Positions 47,964 to 57,496 are shown, counted from the stretch's first letter. The stretch: 64,000 nucleotides of DNA from an uncultured Gemmatimonadales bacterium (GCA_963716255.1 OY970303.1:864001-928000), one strand, 5' to 3'. The notes: a model not told the origin generated them from the sequence alone. Numbers and translations are program-made.

Positions 47964-49088
47964 TCATTCGCCCTGGTTCGCGTACCGCAGCGGAAGGGTG
48001 ATCTCCACGCGCGTCCCTCCGCCTTCCTCGGGCCCGATCCGGAAGCGGTGCGCCGGGCCGTACAGCGCCGCCAGCCGGGCGCGGGTGTTCGCCAGGCCGA
48101 TCCCGTTGCCGCTCCCCGGCCGCCCTTCGGCGTACCCCGCCCCGTCGTCCCGGACGACGAGCCGGAGACCGCCGTCACCCAGGGCGGCCCGCACCTCCAC
48201 CCGCCCCGGTCCGCGCCGGCGGGAGATGCCGTGGCGGATGGCGTTCTCCACCAGGGGCTGCAGGAGGAGGTGGGGAACCAGCGCTCCCCTCGCCGCGGGG
48301 TCGACGTGAACCTCCACGCCCAGCCGGCCGCCGAAGCGCACCCGCTCGATCCCGGCGTACAGCTCCAGTACGCGCAGCTCCTGCTCCAGCGGCACCTCCT
48401 GCTGCGCCCCGCGCTCCAGGGTGGTCGCCAGCAGGTCGCGCAGCAGGCCGAGCACCGTGCGCGCCGTGTCCACGTCGCGGTACATGAGGGTGGAGACCGA
48501 CTGGAGCGTGTTGAAGAGAAAGTGCGGGTGGAGCTGCATCTTCAGCGCGGAAAGCCGCGCGTCGGCCAGCTGCGCCTCCATGCGCCTTTCCGACAGCTCC
48601 CGCTCGCCGTGCCGCCGGGCGAGCTGCAGCGCGTAGCCGAGCCCCAGCAGCCCCAGGTACGCCGTGCCGATGTTCGGCACCACCGTGAACAGCGCCGGAA
48701 AGGACGAGCACACCCCCAGCGGGAACCGGCACCAGATCCCCCGCGTCAGCACGAACCAGCCGAGGACCACCCCCACCGCCGACAGGGCGACCATCCCCAG
48801 GTTCCGCCACCGCCCCCTGCCCAGGGGGAAGCGCTCGGCCACCGCGAGCGCCGCCATGCACATCGCCAGCAGGATCCCCGTCTGCCACGCCGCGGTGACG
48901 ACGCTCCCCCACACCCGGTACGGCAGGGGAGCGCCCTCCATCCGGTGGTACTTCACCGCCAGCATGATCGCCGCGAACACCGTCCAGAACGCCCAGAACA
49001 TCCGCCGCGCCAGCGGATCCCCCAGCACCACCGCCACGCCCGGGATCCACGGGAGCCCGGAGACCGCCCCCCCCGCGCGCGCCCTCAC
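47964..49088 (-). CDS. LytS/AlgZ-type sensor histidine kinase
   Basis: TM N-terminus, QLHPHFLFNTL H-box, LVENAIRHG, DDGAG, GIGLAN; GTG start overlaps the upstream stop. Confidence 0.88.
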   Translation of the reverse strand: MRARAGGAVSGLPWIPGVAVVLGDPLARRMFWAFWTVFAAIMLAVKYHRMEGAPLPYRVWGSVVTAAWQTGILLAMCMAALAVAERFPLGRGRWRNLGMVALSAVGVVLGWFVLTRGIWCRFPLGVCSSFPALFTVVPNIGTAYLGLLGLGYALQLARRHGERELSERRMEAQLADARLSALKMQLHPHFLFNTLQSVSTLMYRDVDTARTVLGLLRDLLATTLERGAQQEVPLEQELRVLELYAGIERVRFGGRLGVEVHVDPAARGALVPHLLLQPLVENAIRHGISRRRGPGRVEVRAALGDGGLRLVVRDDGAGYAEGRPGSGNGIGLANTRARLAALYGPAHRFRIGPEEGGGTRVEITLPLRYANQGE

Positions 49089-50239
49089 TGCGGCCCCGCG
49101 GCCAGTCGCAGCGGAAGGCTCAGCGTGGCCGCGACTCCGCCGCCGGGGAGGTCCGCCAGCGTCCAGCCCTGCCCTTCCCCGAAGCGCCGCTCCAGCATCG
49201 CGTTCACGAGCTGCACGTCGCGCCACGCCGGACGGGCGCGCCGCTCGGCGGCGGAGGCCCGCCCCGGGTCCCGGACCTCCACCCGGAGCGACTCCCCGTC
49301 CCGGCGCGCGGCGACCTCCACCTCCGGCGCCCCCTCCGTGATGCCGCCCGCCTCGCTCCAGGCCTGCTCGATCAGCGGGAAGACCGACATGTGGGGCACC
49401 AGCGCGAGGTGCGCGGGGGGGTCCAGCGCCGTGCGCAGCCCCACGGGGCCGGGGCCGCGGCACGTCCGCTCGATCTCCAGGTACAGCCGGGCGAAACCCA
49501 TCTCCTCCCCCAGTGCCACTTCGTCCGTGGCGGTGCCGGCGAAGGTGGCCCGCAGCACCTCGCTCAGGCGGACCAGCAGTCGGTCCGCCTCGCGGACGTC
49601 ACGGTCCATCCGCCCGGAGATCGCGTCCAGGGCGGCGAAGAGGAACCGCGGCTGCAGGCGGCCCCTGGCGCTCCGGAAGCGGGCCTCGGCGAGCTCCGCT
49701 TCTCGCCGGGAGAGCGCCAGGGCGGCCTCCCGCTCGCGGAGGGCGTAGCGGATCGCGTAGCCGGTGCCCACCAGCGCCGTCACGATCAGCGTCTGCATGG
49801 GGATCGCGCTCGCCAGGTCGAACCAGGTGATGCGGGACGGCGTCCACTCGGCCCGGTAGAACACTTCCGTGATCCCGGCGAAGCGGAGCTTCGCCACCAG
49901 CAGCGACACGCCCAGGATCGCCGCCACCCCTCCGCGCCAGCGCCGCCGGTCCAGGGGAAGCATCCACGCCACCGCCAGCGCCGTGGGTCCCAGGAGCCCC
50001 CAGCTCGCCGCGTCCACGGCGGCCATGAGGAGCCCCCACGCCAGCCAGTTGGGCACGCCGATCCCCCGGAGCCCCAGGGAGTACGTCATCCAGTCGAAGG
50101 GGAAGGCGAGGAGGAAGAGTCCCAGGAAGGCGGCCCAGGGGATCGGGCCCCGGAACAGCTCCCGCACCGTGCCGGGCGAGGAGCCGGTGCCCGCGGGCGC
50201 CCGCGGGGCGTGCTCGTGGAAGGGAGAAGGATCGGTCAC
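49085..50239 (-). CDS. LytS-like membrane sensor with degenerate kinase motifs (pseudokinase)
   Basis: H-box reads [12 protein letters not shown]-box reads LIEQAW, G2 box absent; start uncertain. Confidence 0.75.
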   Translation of the reverse strand: MTDPSPFHEHAPRAPAGTGSSPGTVRELFRGPIPWAAFLGLFLLAFPFDWMTYSLGLRGIGVPNWLAWGLLMAAVDAASWGLLGPTALAVAWMLPLDRRRWRGGVAAILGVSLLVAKLRFAGITEVFYRAEWTPSRITWFDLASAIPMQTLIVTALVGTGYAIRYALREREAALALSRREAELAEARFRSARGRLQPRFLFAALDAISGRMDRDVREADRLLVRLSEVLRATFAGTATDEVALGEEMGFARLYLEIERTCRGPGPVGLRTALDPPAHLALVPHMSVFPLIEQAWSEAGGITEGAPEVEVAARRDGESLRVEVRDPGRASAAERRARPAWRDVQLVNAMLERRFGEGQGWTLADLPGGGVAATLSLPLRLAAGPQ

Positions 50240-50511
50240 GTGCGGGAGTATCGGCCGGGGGACGGGCGAGGTGGAGACCGGACCCGGTTTACACCCGTGA
50301 GGCGCGGTCCCGTTCCCCGGGCGCCGCCGGGCCGCCGGGGCCGGCGCGCGGCGGCGTTTTTCGAACACGCGCGTCGAACGCGTGTACGAGTGGCCGCGAA
50401 AACCCTGGCCCGGATCTTCCCGGGAGCGTATCTTCCCGTGCTTTCAGCGTCGAAGCGCACCCGGTGCCCCGCGGCCGCGCGCCGCCCCGAACCGTTCTCC
50501 ATCGCGACACC

Positions 50512-52650
50512 ATGGCCACCAAGACCAGGCAGAAGCCACAGCCCGCCGCCGTTTCCCGGGCGGAGCTGGACCGCGACACCCTCGTCGGGTTCTACCGCAC
50601 CATGCTCCTGTCGAGGCGGCTGGACGACAAGGAGATCCAGCTCAAGGGGCAGAACAAGATCTTCTTCCAGATCTCCGGCGCGGGGCACGAGGCGGTGCAG
50701 GTGGCCGCCGCCGCGCACGCCCGCCCCGGCTACGACTGGTTCTACTTCTACTACCGCGACCGCGCCTTCACGCTGGCGCTGGGGATGACGGCGCTGGACC
50801 ACCTCCTGTCGGCGGTGGGCGCAGCGGCGGACCCCAACTCCGGCGGGCGGCAGATGCCCTCGCACTGGGGCCACAAGGACCTCAACATCGTGTCCACCTC
50901 GTCGCCCACGGGAACGCAGTTCCTGCAGGCGGTGGGAACCGCCGAGGCGGCCATCCGCGCCCGCAAGGTGGGCGAGCCGCTGGTGGAGACCGCCGGCGCC
51001 AAGCCGGACGAGGTGGTGTTCGTCACCACCGGCGACGGGACCACCTCCGAGGGCGAGTTCTGGGAAAGCCTGAACTCGGCGTGCAACCTCCGGGTGCCGG
51101 TGGTCTATATCGTGGAGGACAACGAGTTCGCCATCTCGGTGCCGGTGGAGGTGAACACCGCGGGCGGGAGCATCTCCAAGCTGGTGACCGGCTTCCCCCA
51201 CCTGCTGGTGGAGGAGTGCGACGGCACGGACGTGTGGGACAGCTACGCGGCGATGGGCCGGGCGGTGGAGCACGCGCGCTCCGGCCGCGGCCCCGCCCTG
51301 GTGCACGCCCACGTCATCCGCCCGTACTCGCACTCCCTGTCGGACGACGAGCGGTTCTACAAGACCGAGGTGATGCGGAGCGAGGAGGCCAAGCGCGATC
51401 CCATCGCCAAGCTGGCGCGCGCGCTGGTGGACGGCGGCATGGCCACGCAGGACGACCTAGAGCGGATCGACGGCGAGGTGAACGCGGAGGTGCAGCGCGC
51501 CACGGACGAGGCGCTGGAATCGCCGCAGCCGGACGTGAGCACGGCGATGGACTTCCTGTTCTCGCCGGACGTGGACCCCACGGCGGAGCAGTTCGACACC
51601 GAGGACGACCCGCGCTTCTCGGGGAACGACACCACCATGGTGGACCTGATCAACGCGACGCTCCGCGACGAGATGCGGCGCGACCCGCGGATCGTGGTCT
51701 TCGGCGAGGACGTGGCGGACTGCTCGCGCGAGGACATGCTCCCCGACGTCAAGGGCAAGGGCGGGGTGTTCAAGGTAACGGCGGGGCTGCAGCGCGAGTT
51801 CGGCGGGACGCGGGTCTTCAACTCGCCGCTTGCGGAGGCCAACATCGTGGGCCGCGCGGTGGGGATGGCGGTGCGCGGGCTCAAGCCGGTGGTGGAGATC
51901 CAGTTCTTCGACTACATCTGGCCCGCCATGATGCAGATCCGCGGCGAGCTGGCCACCATGCGCTACCGCTCCAACAACGCCTTCAGCTCGCCGGTGGTGA
52001 TCCGCACCACCTACGGCGGCTACCTCAAGGGCGGCGCCATCTACCACTCGCAGACGGGCGAGTCGCTGTTCGCGCACTGCCCGGGGCTGCGCGTGGTGCT
52101 CCCCTCAAACGCGGTGGACGCGGCGGGGCTGCTGCGCACGGCCATCCGCTGCGAGGACCCGGTGCTCTTCCTGGAGCACAAGCACCTGTACCGCCAGGTG
52201 TACAACAAGGGCAAGTATCCGGGCCCCAACTTCATGATCCCCTTCGGCAAGGCGAAGACGGTGCGCGAGGGATCGGACGTGACCATCATCACCTGGGGCG
52301 CGCTGGTGCAGCGCTCGCTGGTAGCCGCCAAGCAGGCCCAGGAGCAGCACGGCGTGTCGGTGGAGGTGATCGACATGCGCACGGTGAGCCCGCTGGACAT
52401 GGAGGCGGTGGCCGCGTCGGTGAAGAAGACCAGCCGGCTGATCGTGGCCCACGAAGACTCGCTGTCCTGGGGGATCGGCGCCGAGGTGGTGGCCCGCGTG
52501 GCCGACGAGCTCTTCCCCTGGCTGGACGCGCCGGTGAAGCGCGTGGCCTCGATGGACACCTGGGTGGCGTACGCGCCGCAGGTGGAGCGCGAGATCCTGC
52601 CGGAGCCGGAGGACGTGCTCAAGGCCATCGTGGACGTGGCGGGGTACTGA
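50512..52650 (+). CDS. 2-oxoacid dehydrogenase E1, fused alpha+beta subunits
   Basis: YYRDR, GRQMPSH, GDG..SEG..N TPP motif, [18 protein letters not shown]. Confidence 0.92.
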   Translation: MATKTRQKPQPAAVSRAELDRDTLVGFYRTMLLSRRLDDKEIQLKGQNKIFFQISGAGHEAVQVAAAAHARPGYDWFYFYYRDRAFTLALGMTALDHLLSAVGAAADPNSGGRQMPSHWGHKDLNIVSTSSPTGTQFLQAVGTAEAAIRARKVGEPLVETAGAKPDEVVFVTTGDGTTSEGEFWESLNSACNLRVPVVYIVEDNEFAISVPVEVNTAGGSISKLVTGFPHLLVEECDGTDVWDSYAAMGRAVEHARSGRGPALVHAHVIRPYSHSLSDDERFYKTEVMRSEEAKRDPIAKLARALVDGGMATQDDLERIDGEVNAEVQRATDEALESPQPDVSTAMDFLFSPDVDPTAEQFDTEDDPRFSGNDTTMVDLINATLRDEMRRDPRIVVFGEDVADCSREDMLPDVKGKGGVFKVTAGLQREFGGTRVFNSPLAEANIVGRAVGMAVRGLKPVVEIQFFDYIWPAMMQIRGELATMRYRSNNAFSSPVVIRTTYGGYLKGGAIYHSQTGESLFAHCPGLRVVLPSNAVDAAGLLRTAIRCEDPVLFLEHKHLYRQVYNKGKYPGPNFMIPFGKAKTVREGSDVTIITWGALVQRSLVAAKQAQEQHGVSVEVIDMRTVSPLDMEAVAASVKKTSRLIVAHEDSLSWGIGAEVVARVADELFPWLDAPVKRVASMDTWVAYAPQVEREILPEPEDVLKAIVDVAGY

Positions 52651-52689
52651 ACCCGGCAGTCCGAAGCACGGAGTTCGAAGCACGCAACC

Positions 52690-52723
52690 GCGCCCCCGCC
52701 GGGATTCCCGGCGGGGGCGATTT
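52690..52723 (+). terminator. Hairpin after the E1 gene; direct repeat of 57461-57496
   Basis: CGCCCCCGCCGGGA-T-TCCCGGCGGGGGCG followed by ATTT. Confidence 0.6.
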
Positions 52724-53030
52724 GCGTCGGGCGCGCAGACGCCAGGGACCCGGAGCATGGCTTTCCGGAGCCCGGCGTGGGGAGGGACCGGCGCCGTGGA
52801 CTTGCTCCCGGGTCCCTCCACAGGTGGTCTACCCACCCCTAAACGGATCTGCAGCAACGATCTGTGCGGCAGGTCAGGCCCCTGGCGTCCACCTTGTCCA
52901 TGTCGCTTCGCGGGGACCCGGACGCGGGACCGGCCGCACGTTTCCCGCCTTTGCCCTCCGCAATATCGCCGCGGGCCGGATCGGCTGCATCGTAGTGCTT
53001 AGCGAAGCGAACCTCGAACGGGGCGAGGAC

Positions 53031-53471
53031 ATGCGGGAGGAAGAACCATTGAGGCGGACGGGCGTGGGGCCGGGCCGGACCGGGGAGCTGAACCGGGTGG
53101 CGGAGGCGTGGAGGCTGGAGGAACTGCGGCAGGCGGTCCGCCGGGAGCTGCGCACGCACCGCGGACAGCTGGCGCTCGCGCGGATGATCGGCGTGGGGCG
53201 GTCGGTGGTGAGGAAGCTGGTGGAGATGCGGAGCGCGCCCCGGGACGCGAACCTGGACCGGCTGCGGGAGTGGGCGGCGGACCGACCGGCGGTGGAGACG
53301 CCCCTGGAAACGGTGTGCCTGGCGGTGCTGGTGGAGGGGCTGCCGGCGGCCGCGCGGTACGGCGCCCGGCTGGAGCTGGCCCGGGCGCTGACGCGCCTCT
53401 GCCGGGAGGCGGGGGGCGAGGTGCCGCGGTGGCTCGCGGTGGAGACGGAGGACCGGCGGAGGCACGGGTGA
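53031..53471 (+). CDS. XRE-like helix-turn-helix protein (146 aa)
   Basis: GAGG RBS; QLALARMIGVGRSVVRKLV...P...NLDRL HTH pattern. Confidence 0.65.
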   Translation: MREEEPLRRTGVGPGRTGELNRVAEAWRLEELRQAVRRELRTHRGQLALARMIGVGRSVVRKLVEMRSAPRDANLDRLREWAADRPAVETPLETVCLAVLVEGLPAAARYGARLELARALTRLCREAGGEVPRWLAVETEDRRRHG

Positions 53472-53631
53472 GCGTGCCGGCGGCACCCACGGCGCGCGCC
53501 GGACCGGATCGAGGCTGCTGCCTTCGGGCAGGGGGAGGAGGCGGGTCGCGGGAGGGTGGCGCGGTGTCCACTGTGTCCGCTAATATGACGCTCCGCGGAC
53601 GCATGCCACACGCCACCTCGCGCTGCTACTG

Positions 53632-55023
53632 ATGGGGCAGACCACGATCGAAAGGGCCCCGCGCCCGCGGAGCCTCCCGCCGGTGCCGCGGTGGCTGCCG
53701 GAACACAAGCTGATCGAGGACGCGGACGCGATCGGCGACGACGTGGTGGCGCTCGCGCTGCTGCTCCTGCTGCGCGACATCCGTCTCTGGGTGGAGTCGC
53801 CTCCCGAAGAGAGATCAAGTCTCCTCCTGCCCCCGAGCCGGGATCGCGTCGAGACCATCGAGCGCGCTTCCGCACGTGCACAGAGCATCGCGGAGGCGCT
53901 GAACGATCTCTCCGCCATGCGCTCAAAACCTGAACGTGCGACTGACGAAGTCCTGAACGCAGCCTGCCAGCGCATTGCTAGGTGGGCTCATCGGCAGTCT
54001 CTGAGTTGCATCGCACTACTATACGCCGAAGCCGCCGCACGCATTGCTCTGGCGACGGCATCCAATGCGAACTTCGCGGGGCGAATGGCTCGGATTGCAG
54101 GCTTTCCGGACCGGTCCGAATTGTGGTTTGATCACGGTATCAGAATCGCTGGCCGTGACGGGAACAGGAACAGAGGCGAATTGATCCGTGCTTTACTTGG
54201 CAAAAGTACGATTCTGCGGGAGAAAGGATCCTTTCAAGATGCACGATGCCTCCTGGATCGAGCAGCTCGCCTTTGTGCCTCAACGCGCCGGTACAGGCAA
54301 GCTGCGGAAACGCAGCACGACCTCTTCGCACTAGCCGTCGTGGATGGAACCTTTGTAGAGGCCGAGGGACACATGGCGCTGGCTGTTGAGCACTACCCAA
54401 TCCACCATCCTGCGATTCCAATACTAATACATGACTGGTGCTTTCTACTTGTTCAGCATGGGTACTATTCCGAGGTATTACCTCTACTCTGCGAGTCGAT
54501 CCCACGCATCCAGCGACTTGAAGTCCAACTGTTTAGTCTGGGCCCCCTTGCGCGGGCTGCTGGTGGGGTCGGGCTCAGGAAACTATATGATGAGGCAGTG
54601 CAACGGATTGAAGTGCTCGTTGAGCGCACCAAAGCGTATGCTGCACCAGCACTTGCGCATGCAGCCTATGGAGCGCGATTCTTCGCAGATTGGGAGCGGG
54701 CATTCAACCTTGCGACACAGGCTAGGGCAATTGCGCTTGCCAGAGGCGAAATAGAAGTAGCGAACGGAGTTGAGGAGTTCCTCTCGGCCATCCGCGCGAA
54801 GGTGCCGCCTATACCGTCCGCGACGCCTCCAGACTCCAGTCGTGTTACGGAAATCCACGACCGCATAATGCGCCTTCTAAAGGCACGCGAGCGACCTGTT
54901 CGTCGTCCCGTCGAGCCGACCGAGGCGCGGGAGGCAGGCGGCATCCAAGTGCCTGCCTCCACAACAACCTCAGCGTCATTAACCGCCAGACCCCCCCAAC
55001 CACCCCGCGAACGCAGCCGTTGA
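53632..55023 (+). CDS. All-helical TPR-like protein (463 aa), putative peptide receptor
   Basis: Long ORF in lower-GC sequence; TPR-like Ala/Leu helix pairs (ALLGKSTILREKGSFQDARCLLDRA). Confidence 0.7.
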   Translation: MGQTTIERAPRPRSLPPVPRWLPEHKLIEDADAIGDDVVALALLLLLRDIRLWVESPPEERSSLLLPPSRDRVETIERASARAQSIAEALNDLSAMRSKPERATDEVLNAACQRIARWAHRQSLSCIALLYAEAAARIALATASNANFAGRMARIAGFPDRSELWFDHGIRIAGRDGNRNRGELIRALLGKSTILREKGSFQDARCLLDRAARLCASTRRYRQAAETQHDLFALAVVDGTFVEAEGHMALAVEHYPIHHPAIPILIHDWCFLLVQHGYYSEVLPLLCESIPRIQRLEVQLFSLGPLARAAGGVGLRKLYDEAVQRIEVLVERTKAYAAPALAHAAYGARFFADWERAFNLATQARAIALARGEIEVANGVEEFLSAIRAKVPPIPSATPPDSSRVTEIHDRIMRLLKARERPVRRPVEPTEAREAGGIQVPASTTTSASLTARPPQPPRERSR

Positions 55024-55209
55024 GGCTGAATCGGGGATACTGGTCGAAGAGGGCGTCGCCCCTGTGTCATCGCCCGACCGTCCTCCGCTGCCACCCAAGA
55101 AGCCACTGTAGGCCGGACCCGCGGGAGCGCTCACGCCTGTGGGAGTCTCGCTGCCGCACCCCGCCAGTGAAGCAAGAAGGCAAAAACCGAGAATTGTCTT
55201 TCTATGCAT
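54979..55209 (-). CDS. Small lipoprotein-type peptide precursor 1 (76 aa; GFLGGSGG and GWLGGSGG repeats)
   Basis: Lipobox LAGC; paralogous to 55295-55531; AGGGG RBS. Confidence 0.75.
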   Translation of the reverse strand: MHRKTILGFCLLASLAGCGSETPTGVSAPAGPAYSGFLGGSGGRSGDDTGATPSSTSIPDSASTAAFAGWLGGSGG

Positions 55210-55294
55210 GTGGATCCCCTGTGTTTGAGGAAGGCGTCAGCCGCGAAGTGGCCGACACACAAGCCGCCGTCATCCTGTCGAGCGGCGCGGCAAG

Positions 55295-55531
55295 CTAGTT
55301 CCCTGACCCCATCGTCCAGCCGCCGAAGGCAACCGTCGTAGTCGAGCCAGACGTGCCGGTAGAAGTCGGAGTTGTCCCAGAGCCGCCGTCGCCCGACCGG
55401 TTGCCGCTTCCCACCATCAATCCAGTGTCGGATCTCGGACCTACAGGCGTATCCACGCCCGTGGGAGCCTCGCTGCCACACCCCGCCAGCGACGCAAGAA
55501 GACAAAGGCCGAAAATCAACGTTCTGCGCAT
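55295..55531 (-). CDS. Small lipoprotein-type peptide precursor 2 (78 aa; GLMVGSGN and GWTMGSGN repeats)
   Basis: AGGAG RBS, ATG at 55531, lipobox LAGC; paralogous to 54979-55209. Confidence 0.78.
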   Translation of the reverse strand: MRRTLIFGLCLLASLAGCGSEAPTGVDTPVGPRSDTGLMVGSGNRSGDGGSGTTPTSTGTSGSTTTVAFGGWTMGSGN

Positions 55532-55679
55532 TGGAATCTCCTGCCGCCGAAGGGGAAACCGGGTGTGAACGATGCAAACTATCCACACCGTACATAACCC
55601 GCCAGCACCCTCCGGTAAATAGAGATGACAGCAAACTCCGGGTTTTCGCGCCGTCCACGAAACGGCGACATTCGCCGCA

Positions 55680-56252
55680 ATGGACACGAGCCCCGACGCC
55701 GCCGTGCTGCGGTACCTGCGCTACCTCGCGCTCCGCGAGGGCGGCTACACCCGCCGCGGTGTACCCGGCTGGGCCCTTCGCGAGGACGTGGAGCGCGCCA
55801 CCCGGAAGCGTCTCCCCGGATGCCTGCCCCGCCTGCACGCGCGCGTGCTGCTGGACCGCGAGGACGTCCGCGCTCCCTGGCTGACCCGCCCGGTGTGGAT
55901 CTACCGCGTCACCCGGGTCGGGGCGGACCTCGCGGCGGAGCTTGCCCACCTGCCCCGGCTCCCGCCGCTGCGCCCGCTCCGCCTCGCTGAGCGCGCCGCC
56001 GACGCCGCCGGCGAGCGGTGCCGCTGTTCCGCGTCACCGCGCCCGGCGGCGCGGCGATCCCGCTGGAGTGGCGAGCCCCCCGCTGAAGCGGATGGGACGG
56101 CTGTCTCCCGCCGGAGCCCCCGAAGGATTCCGCGGGCGGCGCGGCTTGTGCGAAGGTGGAACACGGACCCTCCCTCCACCCGACCGTCCGGAGCCCCGCG
56201 ATGCAGGAAAACGAGCCCATCGAGCCGCAGGGGGACGGGAATTCCGTCCTGA
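55680..56252 (+). CDS. Winged-helix-like hypothetical protein (3' end doubtful)
   Basis: Wing-like WIYRVTRVG after an HTH-like segment; the tail degrades into low-information sequence and overlaps the next gene. Confidence 0.5.
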   Translation: MDTSPDAAVLRYLRYLALREGGYTRRGVPGWALREDVERATRKRLPGCLPRLHARVLLDREDVRAPWLTRPVWIYRVTRVGADLAAELAHLPRLPPLRPLRLAERAADAAGERCRCSASPRPAARRSRWSGEPPAEADGTAVSRRSPRRIPRAARLVRRWNTDPPSTRPSGAPRCRKTSPSSRRGTGIPS

Positions 56253-57421
56253 CGCCGGACGTGGATCCCACGGCGCAGGCGGTGCCGGCGAGCGAGCATG
56301 CCGCCGAGCCGGACCTGGAGCGGACGGGGGAGGCGATCGACACCCACCGTGCGCACGCCGTCTCCGTGACGGTGCTCGCGGTACTGGCGGTGCTGTACAC
56401 GCTGTACTTCGCCCGCGAGTTCCTGCTCCCCATCGCCATCGCGCTCCTGCTCAGCTTCCTGTTCAGCCCGCTGGTGCGGGCGCTGGCGCGCGTGAAGGTC
56501 CGCCCGCCGCTGGGCGCGGGGCTGGTGGTGCTGGGGCTGCTGGGGCTGCTGGGGCTGGGCGTGTACGAGCTGTCGGGGCCGGTGCAGAGCTGGGCCGCGA
56601 GCGCCCCGGAGACGCTGGCGAGCGCCCAGGCGCGTCTGCGCACCGTGATGCGGCCGCTGGAGCGCGTCAGCCGCACCGCGGAGCAGGTGGAGAGCGCCGC
56701 CAGCGGGGTGGGCAGCGGACAGGCGAAGCCGCGCGAGGTGGTGGTGCGCGGGCCGGGGCTGATGTCGCGCATCTTCGGGACGACGCAGCGCTTCGCCACG
56801 GGGATGATGGAGGTGCTGGTGCTGCTGTACTTCCTGCTGGCCGCGGGCGACCTGTTCCTGCAGAAGCTGGTGAAGGTGCTCCCCAACCTGCGCGACAAGC
56901 GCAAGGCGGTGGGGATCGCCCGGGCCACCGAGTCGGCGATCTCCACCTACCTGCTGACCGCCCTGCTGATGAACGTGGCGGAAGGAGTGGCGGTGGCGCT
57001 GGCGATGTGGCTGCTGGGGATGCCCAACCCGGCGCTGTGGGGAGCGCTGGTGGTGGTGCTGGAATTCATCCCCTACCTGGGCGCGCTCACCATGACTGTG
57101 ATCCTGTTCCTGGCGGCAATCACCACCTTCGACAGCGTGGGCCACGCGCTCGTCCCCCCCGCGGCCTTTCTGGTCATCAACCTGGTGCAGGCCAACTTCG
57201 TGAGCCCCATGCTCTTCGGCCACAAGCTCGCGCTCAACCCGGTGGCGCTCTTCGTGGGGCTGGCCTTCTGGTTCTGGATCTGGGGGATCCCGGGGGCCTT
57301 CATCGCGGTGCCGCTGCTGGCAACCTTCAAGATCTTCTGCGACCACATCGAGTCGCTGGCCTCGGTGGGCGAGTTCCTGGGGATGCGCGACGCGGAGGAG
57401 CGCCGCGCGACGGTGCGGTGA
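56201..57421 (+). CDS. AI-2E family transporter
   Basis: FLLPIAIALLLSFLF.P, LYFLL..G, FIPYLG, WIWGIPGAFIAVP. Confidence 0.9.
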   Translation: MQENEPIEPQGDGNSVLTPDVDPTAQAVPASEHAAEPDLERTGEAIDTHRAHAVSVTVLAVLAVLYTLYFAREFLLPIAIALLLSFLFSPLVRALARVKVRPPLGAGLVVLGLLGLLGLGVYELSGPVQSWAASAPETLASAQARLRTVMRPLERVSRTAEQVESAASGVGSGQAKPREVVVRGPGLMSRIFGTTQRFATGMMEVLVLLYFLLAAGDLFLQKLVKVLPNLRDKRKAVGIARATESAISTYLLTALLMNVAEGVAVALAMWLLGMPNPALWGALVVVLEFIPYLGALTMTVILFLAAITTFDSVGHALVPPAAFLVINLVQANFVSPMLFGHKLALNPVALFVGLAFWFWIWGIPGAFIAVPLLATFKIFCDHIESLASVGEFLGMRDAEERRATVR

Positions 57422-57460
57422 GCGCGGGAGCTGGAGCCATGGAGTACGGAGTACGTCGAA

Positions 57461-57496
57461 GCGCCCCCGCCGGGATCTCCCGGCGGGGGTGCTTTT
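57461..57496 (+). terminator. Terminator after the AI-2E gene; direct repeat of 52690-52723
   Basis: GCGCCCCCGCCGGGA/TCCCGGCGGGGGTGC followed by TTTT. Confidence 0.7.

Noticed and set aside
50382..53471. 1029-aa ORF as a single protein
   Set aside because: Mostly an alternative frame over the E1 gene; only the last 146 aa from ATG 53031, which has an RBS, look real.
56201..57421. AI-2E transporter as exporter of the GSG peptides
   Set aside because: The family is widespread with diverse substrates, the gene has host-like codon usage, and the precursors have their own Sec/lipoprotein signals.
52690..57496. Prophage or ICE
   Set aside because: No integrase, transposase, structural or conjugation genes and no tRNA attachment site are visible.
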